Assembly (NCBI GenBank): GCA_902538565.1
Contig: CACBFQ010000002.1
Location: 374,740-438,739, forward strand
Direction of reading: 5' to 3'
Length of the DNA: 64,000 bases
From: an uncultured Fidelibacterota bacterium
GTDB taxonomy: Bacteria; Fidelibacterota; Marinisomatia; Marinisomatales; Marinisomataceae
The position numbers and the translations under genes were made by a program. Below are positions 37,538-46,937 of this stretch, in pieces. Position 1 is the first letter of the stretch. Every line of letters begins with the position of its first letter. Under the pieces are notes generated by a model. It ran no database searches. It was given only the letters and a program-made list of their open reading frames with translations, and was not told where the DNA came from.

Positions 37538-38563
37538 CTATAAGAGCAACCATCTATCGTTTTTTAAAGTCCATTTTATAGTAGATTCTAATCTATTATA
37601 TGCAGATTCTGGCTTCCACCCCATTTCTGCCATCTTAGTTCCATCCAGGCTATAGCGCAGATCATGACCTGGCCTTTGTGAGTGAAAATCAACCATCTCG
37701 TATTTTAATTCTTTATTTTGAACTTTTGCAATAAACTGTGCAAGCTCTAAATTGTCAATTTCATTCTTTCCTACAATATTAAATTTTTGACATTTAGCAC
37801 CTGTTGAATCTGGTTTCATTGAACTTATATCATATTCCAATAAAAATAGCAAAGCGTTTGCTACATCTTCTGCATGAATGTAGTGTCGAGAACCAGCAAT
37901 CTTTTTCTGAGCGTCAGCATGGACAGTCACAACTTCGCTATCTCTAACTTTTTTGATAACCATCGGAATATATTTTTCAGCATTCTGTCTTTCACCAAAA
38001 ACATTCATAGTATGAGTTATCATTGATGGAAGACCATATGTATTTTCATAAGCAACTACTAATTCCTCAGCTCCAGCTTTTGTGGCTGAATAAGGGTTTG
38101 TAGAATTGTACCTATCATTTTCTTTATAATAAATACCTTTCGGTGCAGGACCAAACACTTCATCTGTACTGAAATAAGCAAATCTTTCTAAAGAATCTAA
38201 TTTTCTTGCATAATCGAGAATGTGAGCTGTTCCTACTACATTATCCATTACAAACTCTAAAGGAAAGGAAATAGAACGGTCAACGTGGGAACCAGCAGCA
38301 AGATGACATATATAATCTATTTTTCCTATTGTTGATGAAACTTCAGGGTTCAATTCAGCTTTAAGGTCATGGTGGACAACATGCACTCTTTTTCTATCTT
38401 CTTCTGAAAAAGAAGTAACAATCTCATTCAGACGATTTAAATTTCCACTAAAATCTAATCTATCAAGGGTAACTATCTCCCAATCGGTTGATGATAATAT
38501 TTTACCAACTACGTGATGGGCAATAAACCCTGCTCCTCCAGTTATTAAAATTTTTTTACTCAT
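37538..38563 (-). CDS. dTDP-glucose 4,6-dehydratase-like SDR (RmlB/RfbB family)
   Basis: GGAGFIA, HLAAGSHVDRSI, FSTDEVFG, PYSATKAG and RPGHDLRYS. Start moved to ATG 38563. Confidence 0.85.
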   Translation of the reverse strand: MSKKILITGGAGFIAHHVVGKILSSTDWEIVTLDRLDFSGNLNRLNEIVTSFSEEDRKRVHVVHHDLKAELNPEVSSTIGKIDYICHLAAGSHVDRSISFPLEFVMDNVVGTAHILDYARKLDSLERFAYFSTDEVFGPAPKGIYYKENDRYNSTNPYSATKAGAEELVVAYENTYGLPSMITHTMNVFGERQNAEKYIPMVIKKVRDSEVVTVHADAQKKIAGSRHYIHAEDVANALLFLLEYDISSMKPDSTGAKCQKFNIVGKNEIDNLELAQFIAKVQNKELKYEMVDFHSQRPGHDLRYSLDGTKMAEMGWKPESAYNRLESTIKWTLKNDRWLLL

Positions 38564-39665
38564 TTTTTGTTGCATCAATTATATAATCAATGTCATTTGT
38601 AGAAAGATAAGGGTGCATTGGTAAACTTACAATTGTTTGTGATAACTGTTCTGAAACTGATAAATCACCATTTTTATACTCTAGGTATTTATATGCTTTC
38701 ATAAGATGAATTGGAAATTTATAATATATTACAGTCGGAATATTTTTTGAAGACAATTTATTTATTAAATTATTTCTCTTTTCATTTGATCCTAAGGTTA
38801 TTGAAAATAGAGCATGAGCTGATTTATAATCTTTTGGATGATATTGAGCATTATTTAATGATTCTCTGTAGTAACTATTAACTTTATTTCTCATTTCAAG
38901 CTCTTCTTGAAAAATTTCTAGCTTTTCAAGTAAAACAGCTGCCTGAATACTATCCAACCTCCCGTTTAAGCCAATCAATTCACTATTATACTTATCTAAT
39001 TTAGTTCCATGGATGCGAATGGCTTTACATTTTTCAGCTAACTCATCACTATTTGTAAAGATTGCACCACCATCACCATAACATCCAAGTGGTTTTGCAG
39101 GATAAAATGATGTAGCAGCTACATCTCCAAAAACTCCAACTTTTACATCTCTTATAGATCCTCCGAAGCTTTGAGCTGCGTCTTCAATTACTTTTAATTT
39201 ATATTTTTCTGCAATTTCGTTAATAATTCTATATCTTGCTGGAAGACCAAATAAGTCAACAGGAATTATTGCTTTAGGTTTTAATTTACCTTCAAAGATG
39301 ACTTTCTTTATTTCACTTTCAAGTTTTTCACAATCAATATTATAAGTGGATTCATATACATCTACAAAAACTGGAGTGGCCCCAAGAATTGAAATAACTT
39401 CAGCTGTTGCAACATAAGTAAAAGGTGTTGTAAATACTGCATCTCCAGGACCTATACCCCAAGCCATTAGAGGAATTAACAATGCATCAGTCCCAGAGGA
39501 ACATGAAATGGCATGTTTAACACCGCAATATTCTGCTAACTTTTCCTCAAGCTCAAATACCTCTGGTCCCATAATGTACGCACCATGATCAAGAATTTTA
39601 TTAATTCTTTTCTCGAGCGGTTTACGTATACGTTTTTGTTGTGTTTTTAGGTCTAAAAATTCCAT
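38556..39665 (-). CDS. DegT-family NDP-sugar aminotransferase (WbpE-like)
   Basis: MEFLDLKTQ, SSGTDAL, EDAAQSFG, SFYPAKPLGCYGDGG and GLNGRLDSIQA. Confidence 0.92.
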   Translation of the reverse strand: MEFLDLKTQQKRIRKPLEKRINKILDHGAYIMGPEVFELEEKLAEYCGVKHAISCSSGTDALLIPLMAWGIGPGDAVFTTPFTYVATAEVISILGATPVFVDVYESTYNIDCEKLESEIKKVIFEGKLKPKAIIPVDLFGLPARYRIINEIAEKYKLKVIEDAAQSFGGSIRDVKVGVFGDVAATSFYPAKPLGCYGDGGAIFTNSDELAEKCKAIRIHGTKLDKYNSELIGLNGRLDSIQAAVLLEKLEIFQEELEMRNKVNSYYRESLNNAQYHPKDYKSAHALFSITLGSNEKRNNLINKLSSKNIPTVIYYKFPIHLMKAYKYLEYKNGDLSVSEQLSQTIVSLPMHPYLSTNDIDYIIDATKNE

Positions 39666-39815
39666 AATTGTCTAATAAATTAATGAATTTATTATCTGAA
39701 TGATAAAATTAATTAAAAATGATTTTTAAAAAGGATATTTATTAGAGAATGATTAGAAATTTGTAATGTTAAATAATCGTTTGTTTTTTTGATATAAATA
39801 GTTGAACTTTGCCAA

Positions 39816-39835
39816 AGGATACTCGCGTGTATCCT
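39816..39835. promoter_or_regulatory. GC-rich inverted repeat in the divergent spacer upstream of the TonB-dependent receptor
   Basis: AGGATAC-TCGCGT-GTATCCT, 7 bp perfect arms in an otherwise very AT-rich spacer; function unknown. Confidence 0.4.
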
Positions 39836-39883
39836 GAGTTAATATATTAATATATGAAGATAACCGAGAAAAAGGAGTTAACT

Positions 39884-42574
39884 ATGAATCGTTCGATTCT
39901 TGGTGCGCTAGTTGGAATCATTATGATTTCAGGCGCTCTCTTTGGTCAAGGTACTATCTCTGGGTCTGTTTCAGACGCAGATGGTAATGCTTTACCAGGG
40001 GCAAATGTTGTGGTTGAAGGAACAACACTAGGTGCTGCTGCTACGTTAAGCGGTGGATACACTATTAATGTTCCGGATGGTAACTACACAGTAACTGCCA
40101 GTGTGGTTGGTTACAAATCTTCAAGTGCTACTGTGAGAGTTTCAGGTTCTAACGCATCTGCAAACTTTACACTAGAATCAGCATCCGTCGCGTTAGGCGG
40201 TGTTGAAGTACTTGCTGAACGTGTTGACAACACCTCAGCAATCCCATTTAATGAGTACACCAAAGCTGATATTGATTTCAGATTAGGTGGACGTGGATTG
40301 CCAAAAGCTCTATCAACCCTACCAAACGTTTACGTTGAAAATGGTGGTGGTTGGGATGATGAAAACGTATACGTTCGTGGTTTTGACGATCGTTACACAT
40401 CATATTTAATTAACGGTGTTCCTATGAATGACATGGAGAATGGTAATTTATTCTTCTCTAATTGGAGCGTACTTGCTGACGTTGCATCTGTTGTTCAGGT
40501 TCAAAGAGGAGCAGGATCCGTTAATCTTGCAACACCAAGTTTAGGTGGTGTAGTGAACTTTATGAGTGCACCTGCATCAACTGAACCAGGCGTTGTTGTA
40601 AAACAAGAAGCCGGTGAACATCAGTACTCAAAAACTGTTGTTACTGCTAATACTGGCTTATTAATGGATGGTAAACTAGCAATGATGGCTTCAGCTTCAA
40701 GAAGAACTGCTGATAAGCTTTTTGCTGTGGGTACTTATTCAGATGCTTGGTCTTACTACTTTAATGCATCATACTCCGTAAACAATGATAATCGTTTAGA
40801 GTTTATCGCATTAGGTTCTCCTCAGTTTCATGGACAAAACTTTTGGAATAATCGTATTTCAAACTACAGTCATGAATTAGCACGTGAAATGGGTGTTGCT
40901 GAAGAAGACTTAAGAGACGAGTATGGTCTAGATTATAATCCTAGAGCTGACTATCTAGAAACTCCTTACACTGGTAAGAGAGCTGTAGCTAGTTGGGTAC
41001 CATTTGATGGCTGGAATTATAAAGTAAGAGATCAACGCTCAACAACTATGATTAATGAAAGAAATAATTATTTCCACAAACCAATTGTTCAGTTGAACTG
41101 GTATGCGAATCTTAATGAATCAACAACAATGGCTACTTCTTTCTACTACTCAGGTGGTGAAGGTGGTGGTTCAGGTTCTGCTGGTTCTATTCTTTGGGGG
41201 AACAACGGTACAAGAGATTATGATGCAACAATCGCTCGTAATATGTCTGAAGGTCAATATAAAGATGGCTACGGCTATGAATCCAGAGGTGTCCTAAGAG
41301 GTAGTAGAAATAACCAGTATACTTTTGGTATTATGTCCAAATTGGAAAAAGAAATGAGTGAAACTTTATCAATGACTTATGGTCTTGATATGAGAACTGC
41401 TGAAGTTGAGCACTATCGTCAAGTTTATGACTTGCTAGGTGGTGACTTCTTCTATAACTCATCTAATCCAAATTGGTCAGAAGAACAAAGACATAGAACG
41501 CTTGGTGACAAGTTGTACTATGACAACACTAATACTGTTGACTGGTTAGGTGGATATGTTCAAGCAAATTATGATGACGGTGCAGGAACAAATGCTTTTG
41601 CAATGTTTGGTGCTACAACTGCTAGCTACTCAGCGCAAGATCATTTCACGCTTGACAACTTAAAAATTGAAGCTGATGCTGAGTTAGGATATCAAATGAA
41701 ACTTGGTGGAAGTCGTGCTTTAAACGACACATGGCAACTATTTGGTAACGTTAGTTACTCTGCTATGACACCATCATTAGATAAACTAATTGATGATGTA
41801 AACATGATCAAGAACGAAGGCTTTGAGAATGAAAAAGCAACATGGTTTGATGTAGGTGCTAGATTTACGTCATTAAACGGTCAGTGGGCTGGTAGTATGA
41901 ACTATTACTATGCTTTATGGCAAGACAGAAATCAAAGTGGTACCTCTGAAGACTTAAACGGTGTTGAATCATTCTTCAGCATTACTGGATTAAGCGAATT
42001 GCACCAAGGGTTTGAATACTCTATTGCATATCAGCCAATTCCAGTATTAAGAATAGATCTTAGAGGTCATGAAAGTGACTGGAGATTTACTGATGATTTA
42101 TCATATACATATAATGAAATTGAAGGTGATGACACAAGTTCAGAAACTTTTAACCTATATGTTAAAGATGTGATGATCTCAGGTGCTCCACAGTCACAAA
42201 CGGTATTAATGCTAACTGGTTTCTTTAACAGATTAAAAGCATCTGTTGAAGCTGAATCATTTGCTAGACAGTACCCAAGATGGGGTTATGATGGCGCTAT
42301 TCAGGACTTAGCATTCCTATTAGGTGAAGGTAATACTTTTGCTGACGATGCATATGAAACTGAAAGAAAGACCATCTATAACTTACAGTTAAGCTATGGT
42401 ACAGAGATTATGGATAGAGACGTAACATTTAATTACTCTATATTCAATGCGACTGATGAATTATACATCGGTGACTTTGTAGATGCTTACGATGGTTCTG
42501 GAGACGTTGCAAACTTAAGAGTTCGTATGGGTGCTCCAAAACAATTTAATTTTGGGGTAACTATCAACTACTAA
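39884..42574 (+). CDS. TonB-dependent outer-membrane receptor with N-terminal carboxypeptidase-regulatory-like domain
   Basis: Signal peptide, ISGSVSDADGNALPGANVVVEGT, plug motif VYVRGF..LINGVPMND, beta-barrel ending in GVTINY. AAGGAG at 39872-39877 supports the ATG at 39884. Confidence 0.92.
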   Translation: MNRSILGALVGIIMISGALFGQGTISGSVSDADGNALPGANVVVEGTTLGAAATLSGGYTINVPDGNYTVTASVVGYKSSSATVRVSGSNASANFTLESASVALGGVEVLAERVDNTSAIPFNEYTKADIDFRLGGRGLPKALSTLPNVYVENGGGWDDENVYVRGFDDRYTSYLINGVPMNDMENGNLFFSNWSVLADVASVVQVQRGAGSVNLATPSLGGVVNFMSAPASTEPGVVVKQEAGEHQYSKTVVTANTGLLMDGKLAMMASASRRTADKLFAVGTYSDAWSYYFNASYSVNNDNRLEFIALGSPQFHGQNFWNNRISNYSHELAREMGVAEEDLRDEYGLDYNPRADYLETPYTGKRAVASWVPFDGWNYKVRDQRSTTMINERNNYFHKPIVQLNWYANLNESTTMATSFYYSGGEGGGSGSAGSILWGNNGTRDYDATIARNMSEGQYKDGYGYESRGVLRGSRNNQYTFGIMSKLEKEMSETLSMTYGLDMRTAEVEHYRQVYDLLGGDFFYNSSNPNWSEEQRHRTLGDKLYYDNTNTVDWLGGYVQANYDDGAGTNAFAMFGATTASYSAQDHFTLDNLKIEADAELGYQMKLGGSRALNDTWQLFGNVSYSAMTPSLDKLIDDVNMIKNEGFENEKATWFDVGARFTSLNGQWAGSMNYYYALWQDRNQSGTSEDLNGVESFFSITGLSELHQGFEYSIAYQPIPVLRIDLRGHESDWRFTDDLSYTYNEIEGDDTSSETFNLYVKDVMISGAPQSQTVLMLTGFFNRLKASVEAESFARQYPRWGYDGAIQDLAFLLGEGNTFADDAYETERKTIYNLQLSYGTEIMDRDVTFNYSIFNATDELYIGDFVDAYDGSGDVANLRVRMGAPKQFNFGVTINY

Positions 42575-42599
42575 GTTGAATAATATCTGATTATTAAAT

Positions 42600-42631
42600 A
42601 ATAAAAGCCCTCTTTTTAGAGGGCTTTTATT
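42600..42631. terminator. Bidirectional intrinsic terminator between the TBDR and dnaG
   Basis: AATAAAAGCCCTCT-TTTT-AGAGGGCTTTTATT perfect hairpin between convergent genes, with U tracts on both strands. Confidence 0.9.
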
Positions 42632-44374
42632 TTATGAGACTTTCTTCTGCAGTTCTTCCAGCTTACGAATCAAGCTAGTATCTAAACTTTGATTATTATC
42701 TTCTGCAATGCGAATTTGATTTCTAATCTGACTAATTTCTTTTTTGATAGATATATCTTCTAAGGTTTTAACACAATCATTTAATATAATTAATTCATTT
42801 TCCTTTTCAGGTCTGTCGACTGCTAAGGCTGCAACCAAATTACGTTCTTCTGGACTATCGCCTATAAATTCAAGGAGTTGGGCAACATTATTATATGATC
42901 CTTTATGATCTTTGATAGACTTAACAATATTATAACAAAGCTTATTATCAAATAACGAAATATTGATTTTATCAGCTAATACTGCATTGTGGATTAACAA
43001 TTTTAATATTTCTAGCTGAGCTATATCAGACTTAGAATCAAAGTTTCTTATAGAGGTTTCTTCTGCATCGGTCACTTTACTCGCTGTAACCTTTCTAGTA
43101 GATATTTGATCAAAGCGATTTAAAATCTCGCTCTCAATAACTCCAAGCTCGTTAGATAGTCTTTTGATTAGGTCATTTCTAATGATAACATCTTTTACCA
43201 GTTTGATTTCTTCTATGGATTCATTCAAGAACTTTGATCGATCAGAAGCGCCTTTTGATAATATATTTTTTTTAACAATAATATAATTTATCGGATGTAC
43301 TGCTTCTTTAATAAGCTGTTTAAAGGAAGTATTATTATTCTCCTTGAGCTTAAAGTAATCATCGGGATCAAGTTCATTTCCTAAATCTAAAACTCTTACT
43401 TCAAAACCATTTTGCATTAAAATATATCCAGTTCTAATTGAAGCATTAATTCCAGCGTTATCTGAATCATAAGTTAGAATTACGCGATTTGTATATTTAT
43501 TTAAAGCTGCTGCATGTTTAGATGAAAATGCAGTACCAGATGTTGCTAATACATTTGTAAACCCTTTTTCATATAATCTTAAAAAATCAGTCTGTCCTTC
43601 CACTAAAAGAACATAATTTTGCTTACGAATTACAGGCATTGTTTGATATGAACCATAAAAAACTTTACTTTTTTGAAATAGTAATGTTTCAGGTGAGTTA
43701 AGATATTTAACATCTTCTTTTTCTGATAAGCTTCTTCCACTAAAACCTATGACTTTTCCAGATGGACTAAAAAATGGAAACATAATTCTGTTTCTAAACC
43801 TATCTAAATATCCCTTTTTCCCTTTTGAAAATAGACCAGATTTTTCTATAACTTCGTTATCAAATTTATCCTTTAATTCATTATATAGTTCATCCCAAAC
43901 ATCACTAGCAAAGCCAATGGAAAATTTTTGAATTATTGTATTATCAAAAAATCTATCTTTCATATAAGATTTAGCTTTGACTCCTTTTTTTGAAGATAAA
44001 TTATTTATAAAAAACAGATTTGCAAGATTATGGATTTCATAAAGCTGATCATACAAGTTACTTTGCTGCTCATCTCCAACTTCTATTATTTCAATATTAT
44101 GTTTTTCAGCAAGTGAGCGAATTGCTTCAGAAAAGCTAATTTTTTCATATTCTATAAGAAATTGTACAGCATTTCCGCCCTGTCCAGAGCCAAAGTCATA
44201 CCACATATTTTTATCTGGAGCTACACTAAATGAAGGCTTTGTTTCAGATCTAAATGGACTCAACCCAAAGTAGTTTTTACCTCTTTTTTTTAAATCAACA
44301 TACTGCGAAACTACCTCAAAGATATCAACTTCTTCTAAAACTCTATTTATTGTTTCTTGCGCTATTCTTCTCAT
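42632..44374 (-). CDS. dnaG: DNA primase
   Basis: YFGLSPF..KPSFSV Zn-binding region, DRFRNRIMFP, KYLNSPET, VEGQTD and TOPRIM YDSDNAG. Confidence 0.95.
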   Translation of the reverse strand: MRRIAQETINRVLEEVDIFEVVSQYVDLKKRGKNYFGLSPFRSETKPSFSVAPDKNMWYDFGSGQGGNAVQFLIEYEKISFSEAIRSLAEKHNIEIIEVGDEQQSNLYDQLYEIHNLANLFFINNLSSKKGVKAKSYMKDRFFDNTIIQKFSIGFASDVWDELYNELKDKFDNEVIEKSGLFSKGKKGYLDRFRNRIMFPFFSPSGKVIGFSGRSLSEKEDVKYLNSPETLLFQKSKVFYGSYQTMPVIRKQNYVLLVEGQTDFLRLYEKGFTNVLATSGTAFSSKHAAALNKYTNRVILTYDSDNAGINASIRTGYILMQNGFEVRVLDLGNELDPDDYFKLKENNNTSFKQLIKEAVHPINYIIVKKNILSKGASDRSKFLNESIEEIKLVKDVIIRNDLIKRLSNELGVIESEILNRFDQISTRKVTASKVTDAEETSIRNFDSKSDIAQLEILKLLIHNAVLADKINISLFDNKLCYNIVKSIKDHKGSYNNVAQLLEFIGDSPEERNLVAALAVDRPEKENELIILNDCVKTLEDISIKKEISQIRNQIRIAEDNNQSLDTSLIRKLEELQKKVS

Positions 44375-44838
44375 TAACTAAAAATATAGTCTTTGATAGG
44401 TTCCAGTAAAACAAGAATCTTCGACTGTTGAAATAAAATATCATAAAGCCTCAACGATATGTAATTTTCAAAAATACCTGTAAATAGCACTAAGCTTAAT
44501 GCTCCTTTAAATATTCCTAACGTAAAGCCTAAAATCATATTTAGTGTTTTGTACGATGAGATACTTCCATCGAATAAAAATAATAGCAAACTCGTTAACA
44601 GCCTTAATATTATAAGAGATATTACAAAGATTACGCCAATAGAAAAGAATATGATAATAGTTTGGTTAATTGAAACATATTTTGAGATAAAGAATGATAA
44701 ATCTACATAAAAAAACAATGCAATTGATATCCCAACAACAAGATTTAAAAAGTCTGTAAGTGATTCAATAAATCCTTTTCTAATCCCAAATACGCCCATG
44801 ATGAGAAATATCATTAAAAAAAGGATGTCAATAATCAT
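44374..44838 (-). CDS. cvpA: CvpA (colicin V production) family membrane protein
   Basis: IDILFL..GIRKGF, LNMILGFTLGIFKG and QSKIL. Confidence 0.75.
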   Translation of the reverse strand: MIIDILFLMIFLIMGVFGIRKGFIESLTDFLNLVVGISIALFFYVDLSFFISKYVSINQTIIIFFSIGVIFVISLIILRLLTSLLLFLFDGSISSYKTLNMILGFTLGIFKGALSLVLFTGIFENYISLRLYDILFQQSKILVLLEPIKDYIFS

Positions 44839-44840
44839 AT

Positions 44841-45278
44841 TTAAGAAAGTAATTCTTTAACAATAGATTGGGCTACATTTCCGTCCACTTTTCCTGCCCC
44901 CTTTTTCATCACTTGAGGCATTACCTTGCCAAAATCTGACATTTGTGATGCCCCAACTTCTGAAATAATATTTTCTACTAAACTTCTAACCTCTTCTTCG
45001 CTCATCATTGATGGTAAATATGATTCTACAAATTGTAATTCATTAATTTCAACTTCCACTAAATCATCTCTATTACCTTCTTTGTACATTTTAATAGATT
45101 CTTTATGTTGTTTTGCTGCGGTTTGAAGCACTTTTATAACCTCAGAGTCAGATAATTCATGCCCAACCTCAATAGCTTTATTTTTGCACTTAGATATTAA
45201 AAGCCTCAATGCTCCTGCTTTTTCTTTATTTTTATTTTTGAGTGCTTCCATCATATCTTTTTCAATTTGTTTTAGCAT
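44841..45278 (-). CDS. yqeY: GatB/YqeY domain protein
   Basis: DMMEALKNK..LRLL, KQHKESIKMY, YLPSMMSEEEV, DFGKVM and DGNVAQ. Confidence 0.92.
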   Translation of the reverse strand: MLKQIEKDMMEALKNKNKEKAGALRLLISKCKNKAIEVGHELSDSEVIKVLQTAAKQHKESIKMYKEGNRDDLVEVEINELQFVESYLPSMMSEEEVRSLVENIISEVGASQMSDFGKVMPQVMKKGAGKVDGNVAQSIVKELLS

Positions 45279-46000
45279 TATTTTTCTCTTTCATTAATTG
45301 TTTTCATAGCAAGAAGAATTTGGTCTTGATTATTTTCAAAGCCTATAAATCTTCTACCTCTTTTTTTCGCAACAACACCGACAGCCCCTACGTTCATAAA
45401 TGGATCAAGAATCCAGTTTAGCTTAAAACTACTTGCTTTAACTATTCTATGTACTATTTCTTCATAATCAAGATGAAACCATAGATTATCTTTAATTTCT
45501 TCTGGTTTAGGGTTATTTATATTTTTTCCATTTACTATATAATTTTGATTAAAAATATAGTCATTTGTTTTAGTGGCGAACCAAATATCTGATATTTTGT
45601 TTTTCCACTGTGATAATTCAGTATTTTCTATTTGTCTTTCAGCTGTAATTCTTGATTGTATGATAAAATTTTTTCCAAGTACTGAGTGATAAAGAGACGA
45701 AGATTCCCAAGGACATATAATATAAATTGAACCGCTAGCTGTTAAAACTCTTTTACATTCTGAGACCCATTCTTCAATCCACTTAATATAGGATGAATAG
45801 GACATACCATTGTTAGGATCTAATGCTGGCTCAGTGACAATCAAATCAATAGACTCGCTTGGAATTTTCTTCAATCCTACTAATGCATCTACTTTAAATA
45901 ATCCCTCTTTAAGCTTTTCTTGAAAATGAATATCAATCTCTGTTTTTAAAGCAGGTAAATATTTATTTAAATCTTTTACTGTTAAAATATCTTTGTTCAC
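45278..46000 (-). CDS. N4/N6 DNA methyltransferase-fold protein with degenerate catalytic and SAM-binding motifs
   Basis: SESIDLIVTEPAL where DPPY is expected; ECKRVL..GSIY; RIVKASS..ILDPFMNVG where FxGxG is expected; RRFIGFE. Confidence 0.75.
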   Translation of the reverse strand: MNKDILTVKDLNKYLPALKTEIDIHFQEKLKEGLFKVDALVGLKKIPSESIDLIVTEPALDPNNGMSYSSYIKWIEEWVSECKRVLTASGSIYIICPWESSSLYHSVLGKNFIIQSRITAERQIENTELSQWKNKISDIWFATKTNDYIFNQNYIVNGKNINNPKPEEIKDNLWFHLDYEEIVHRIVKASSFKLNWILDPFMNVGAVGVVAKKRGRRFIGFENNQDQILLAMKTINEREK

Positions 46001-46050
46001 ACTAATAATTTAATCTTATAAAGTTAATTTAAAAATTGTAAGTTTTTAAA

Positions 46051-46935
46051 ATGAATGAATTAAATCAAATCAAAATTGTAATTAGTTCGCTCCCAAAAAA
46101 TGGCTGGTGGAATGATGGAATAGTTGCTTACCATGATAACGATATGATGAGTGATGGTGCAATGCCCAAACAGGAGCTGTTAAAGAAGGAGAATAAAAAT
46201 TTAATTGATAAGCTTCATGAACATTCGCTCAAAACAATAAGTATTGCTTTTAAACCTGAACTTGAAACAAACAAAAAATATGACTTTGTTTTTATGCGAG
46301 ATCACTTTTTGTGTAACACTGATAAAGATATTGTAATGTGCAATATGAAGCTTTCGGAAAGGATGAATGAAGGAGAATTCGTTATCTCCACTTTAAATGA
46401 TTTACAATATAAGGTTTCATTTTTAGACGAAAAATGCATAGCAGAAGGCGGAGAATTTTTTTTTCTTCCTAAAGAAAACATATTATTAGCAGGTCAAGGA
46501 AGAAATAATCTTAGAGGAGCAGAGCAAATGGCTGAAAAGCTTAAGATATCTAATCTTCATATTATAAATTCTAATGGATATCATCTAGATACTTCAATTT
46601 CTCCTATTTTCAATAATGAATATGATTGCATTGGAATAATATGTGCTAGAGAAGTATTTAGTGATAAAGAAATACACGATTTAAGAAACATTTGTAAATC
46701 AAATCAATGGGAATTAATAGAGATTGAGCATCAAGATATCAACTCATCATTAAGTTTTAGAACAGCAATGAATGGCCTTACCCTTCCAGGGCTTTTCATT
46801 GGAAGTAAAAACTTTAATCAAAAGCAAATATCAGATTTTGCTTTATCAAATAACATAATTTTTGATTCTGCTAATGTGTCTCAATTTAACTTAAGTGGAG
46901 GTTCGGTTCATTGTCTGACCAATGAACTATTTTAA
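46051..46935 (+). CDS. Amidinotransferase / dimethylargininase (pentein) family protein
   Basis: FVFMRD, AEGGE, YHLDT and C-terminal GGSVHCLT with the catalytic Cys. Confidence 0.82.
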   Translation: MNELNQIKIVISSLPKNGWWNDGIVAYHDNDMMSDGAMPKQELLKKENKNLIDKLHEHSLKTISIAFKPELETNKKYDFVFMRDHFLCNTDKDIVMCNMKLSERMNEGEFVISTLNDLQYKVSFLDEKCIAEGGEFFFLPKENILLAGQGRNNLRGAEQMAEKLKISNLHIINSNGYHLDTSISPIFNNEYDCIGIICAREVFSDKEIHDLRNICKSNQWELIEIEHQDINSSLSFRTAMNGLTLPGLFIGSKNFNQKQISDFALSNNIIFDSANVSQFNLSGGSVHCLTNELF

Positions 46936-46937
46936 AT

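Noticed and set aside
14409-39665. A/T homopolymer runs in glycan genes as phase-variation tracts
   Set aside because: Runs of 7-9 A/T are common throughout this AT-rich window, and no frameshifted gene was associated with one apart from the flippase-GT junction reported above.
41150-41190. GGT-rich quasi-repeat in the TBDR
   Set aside because: It encodes a Gly-rich turn (GGEGGGSGSAG) within the protein and is not a DNA repeat element.
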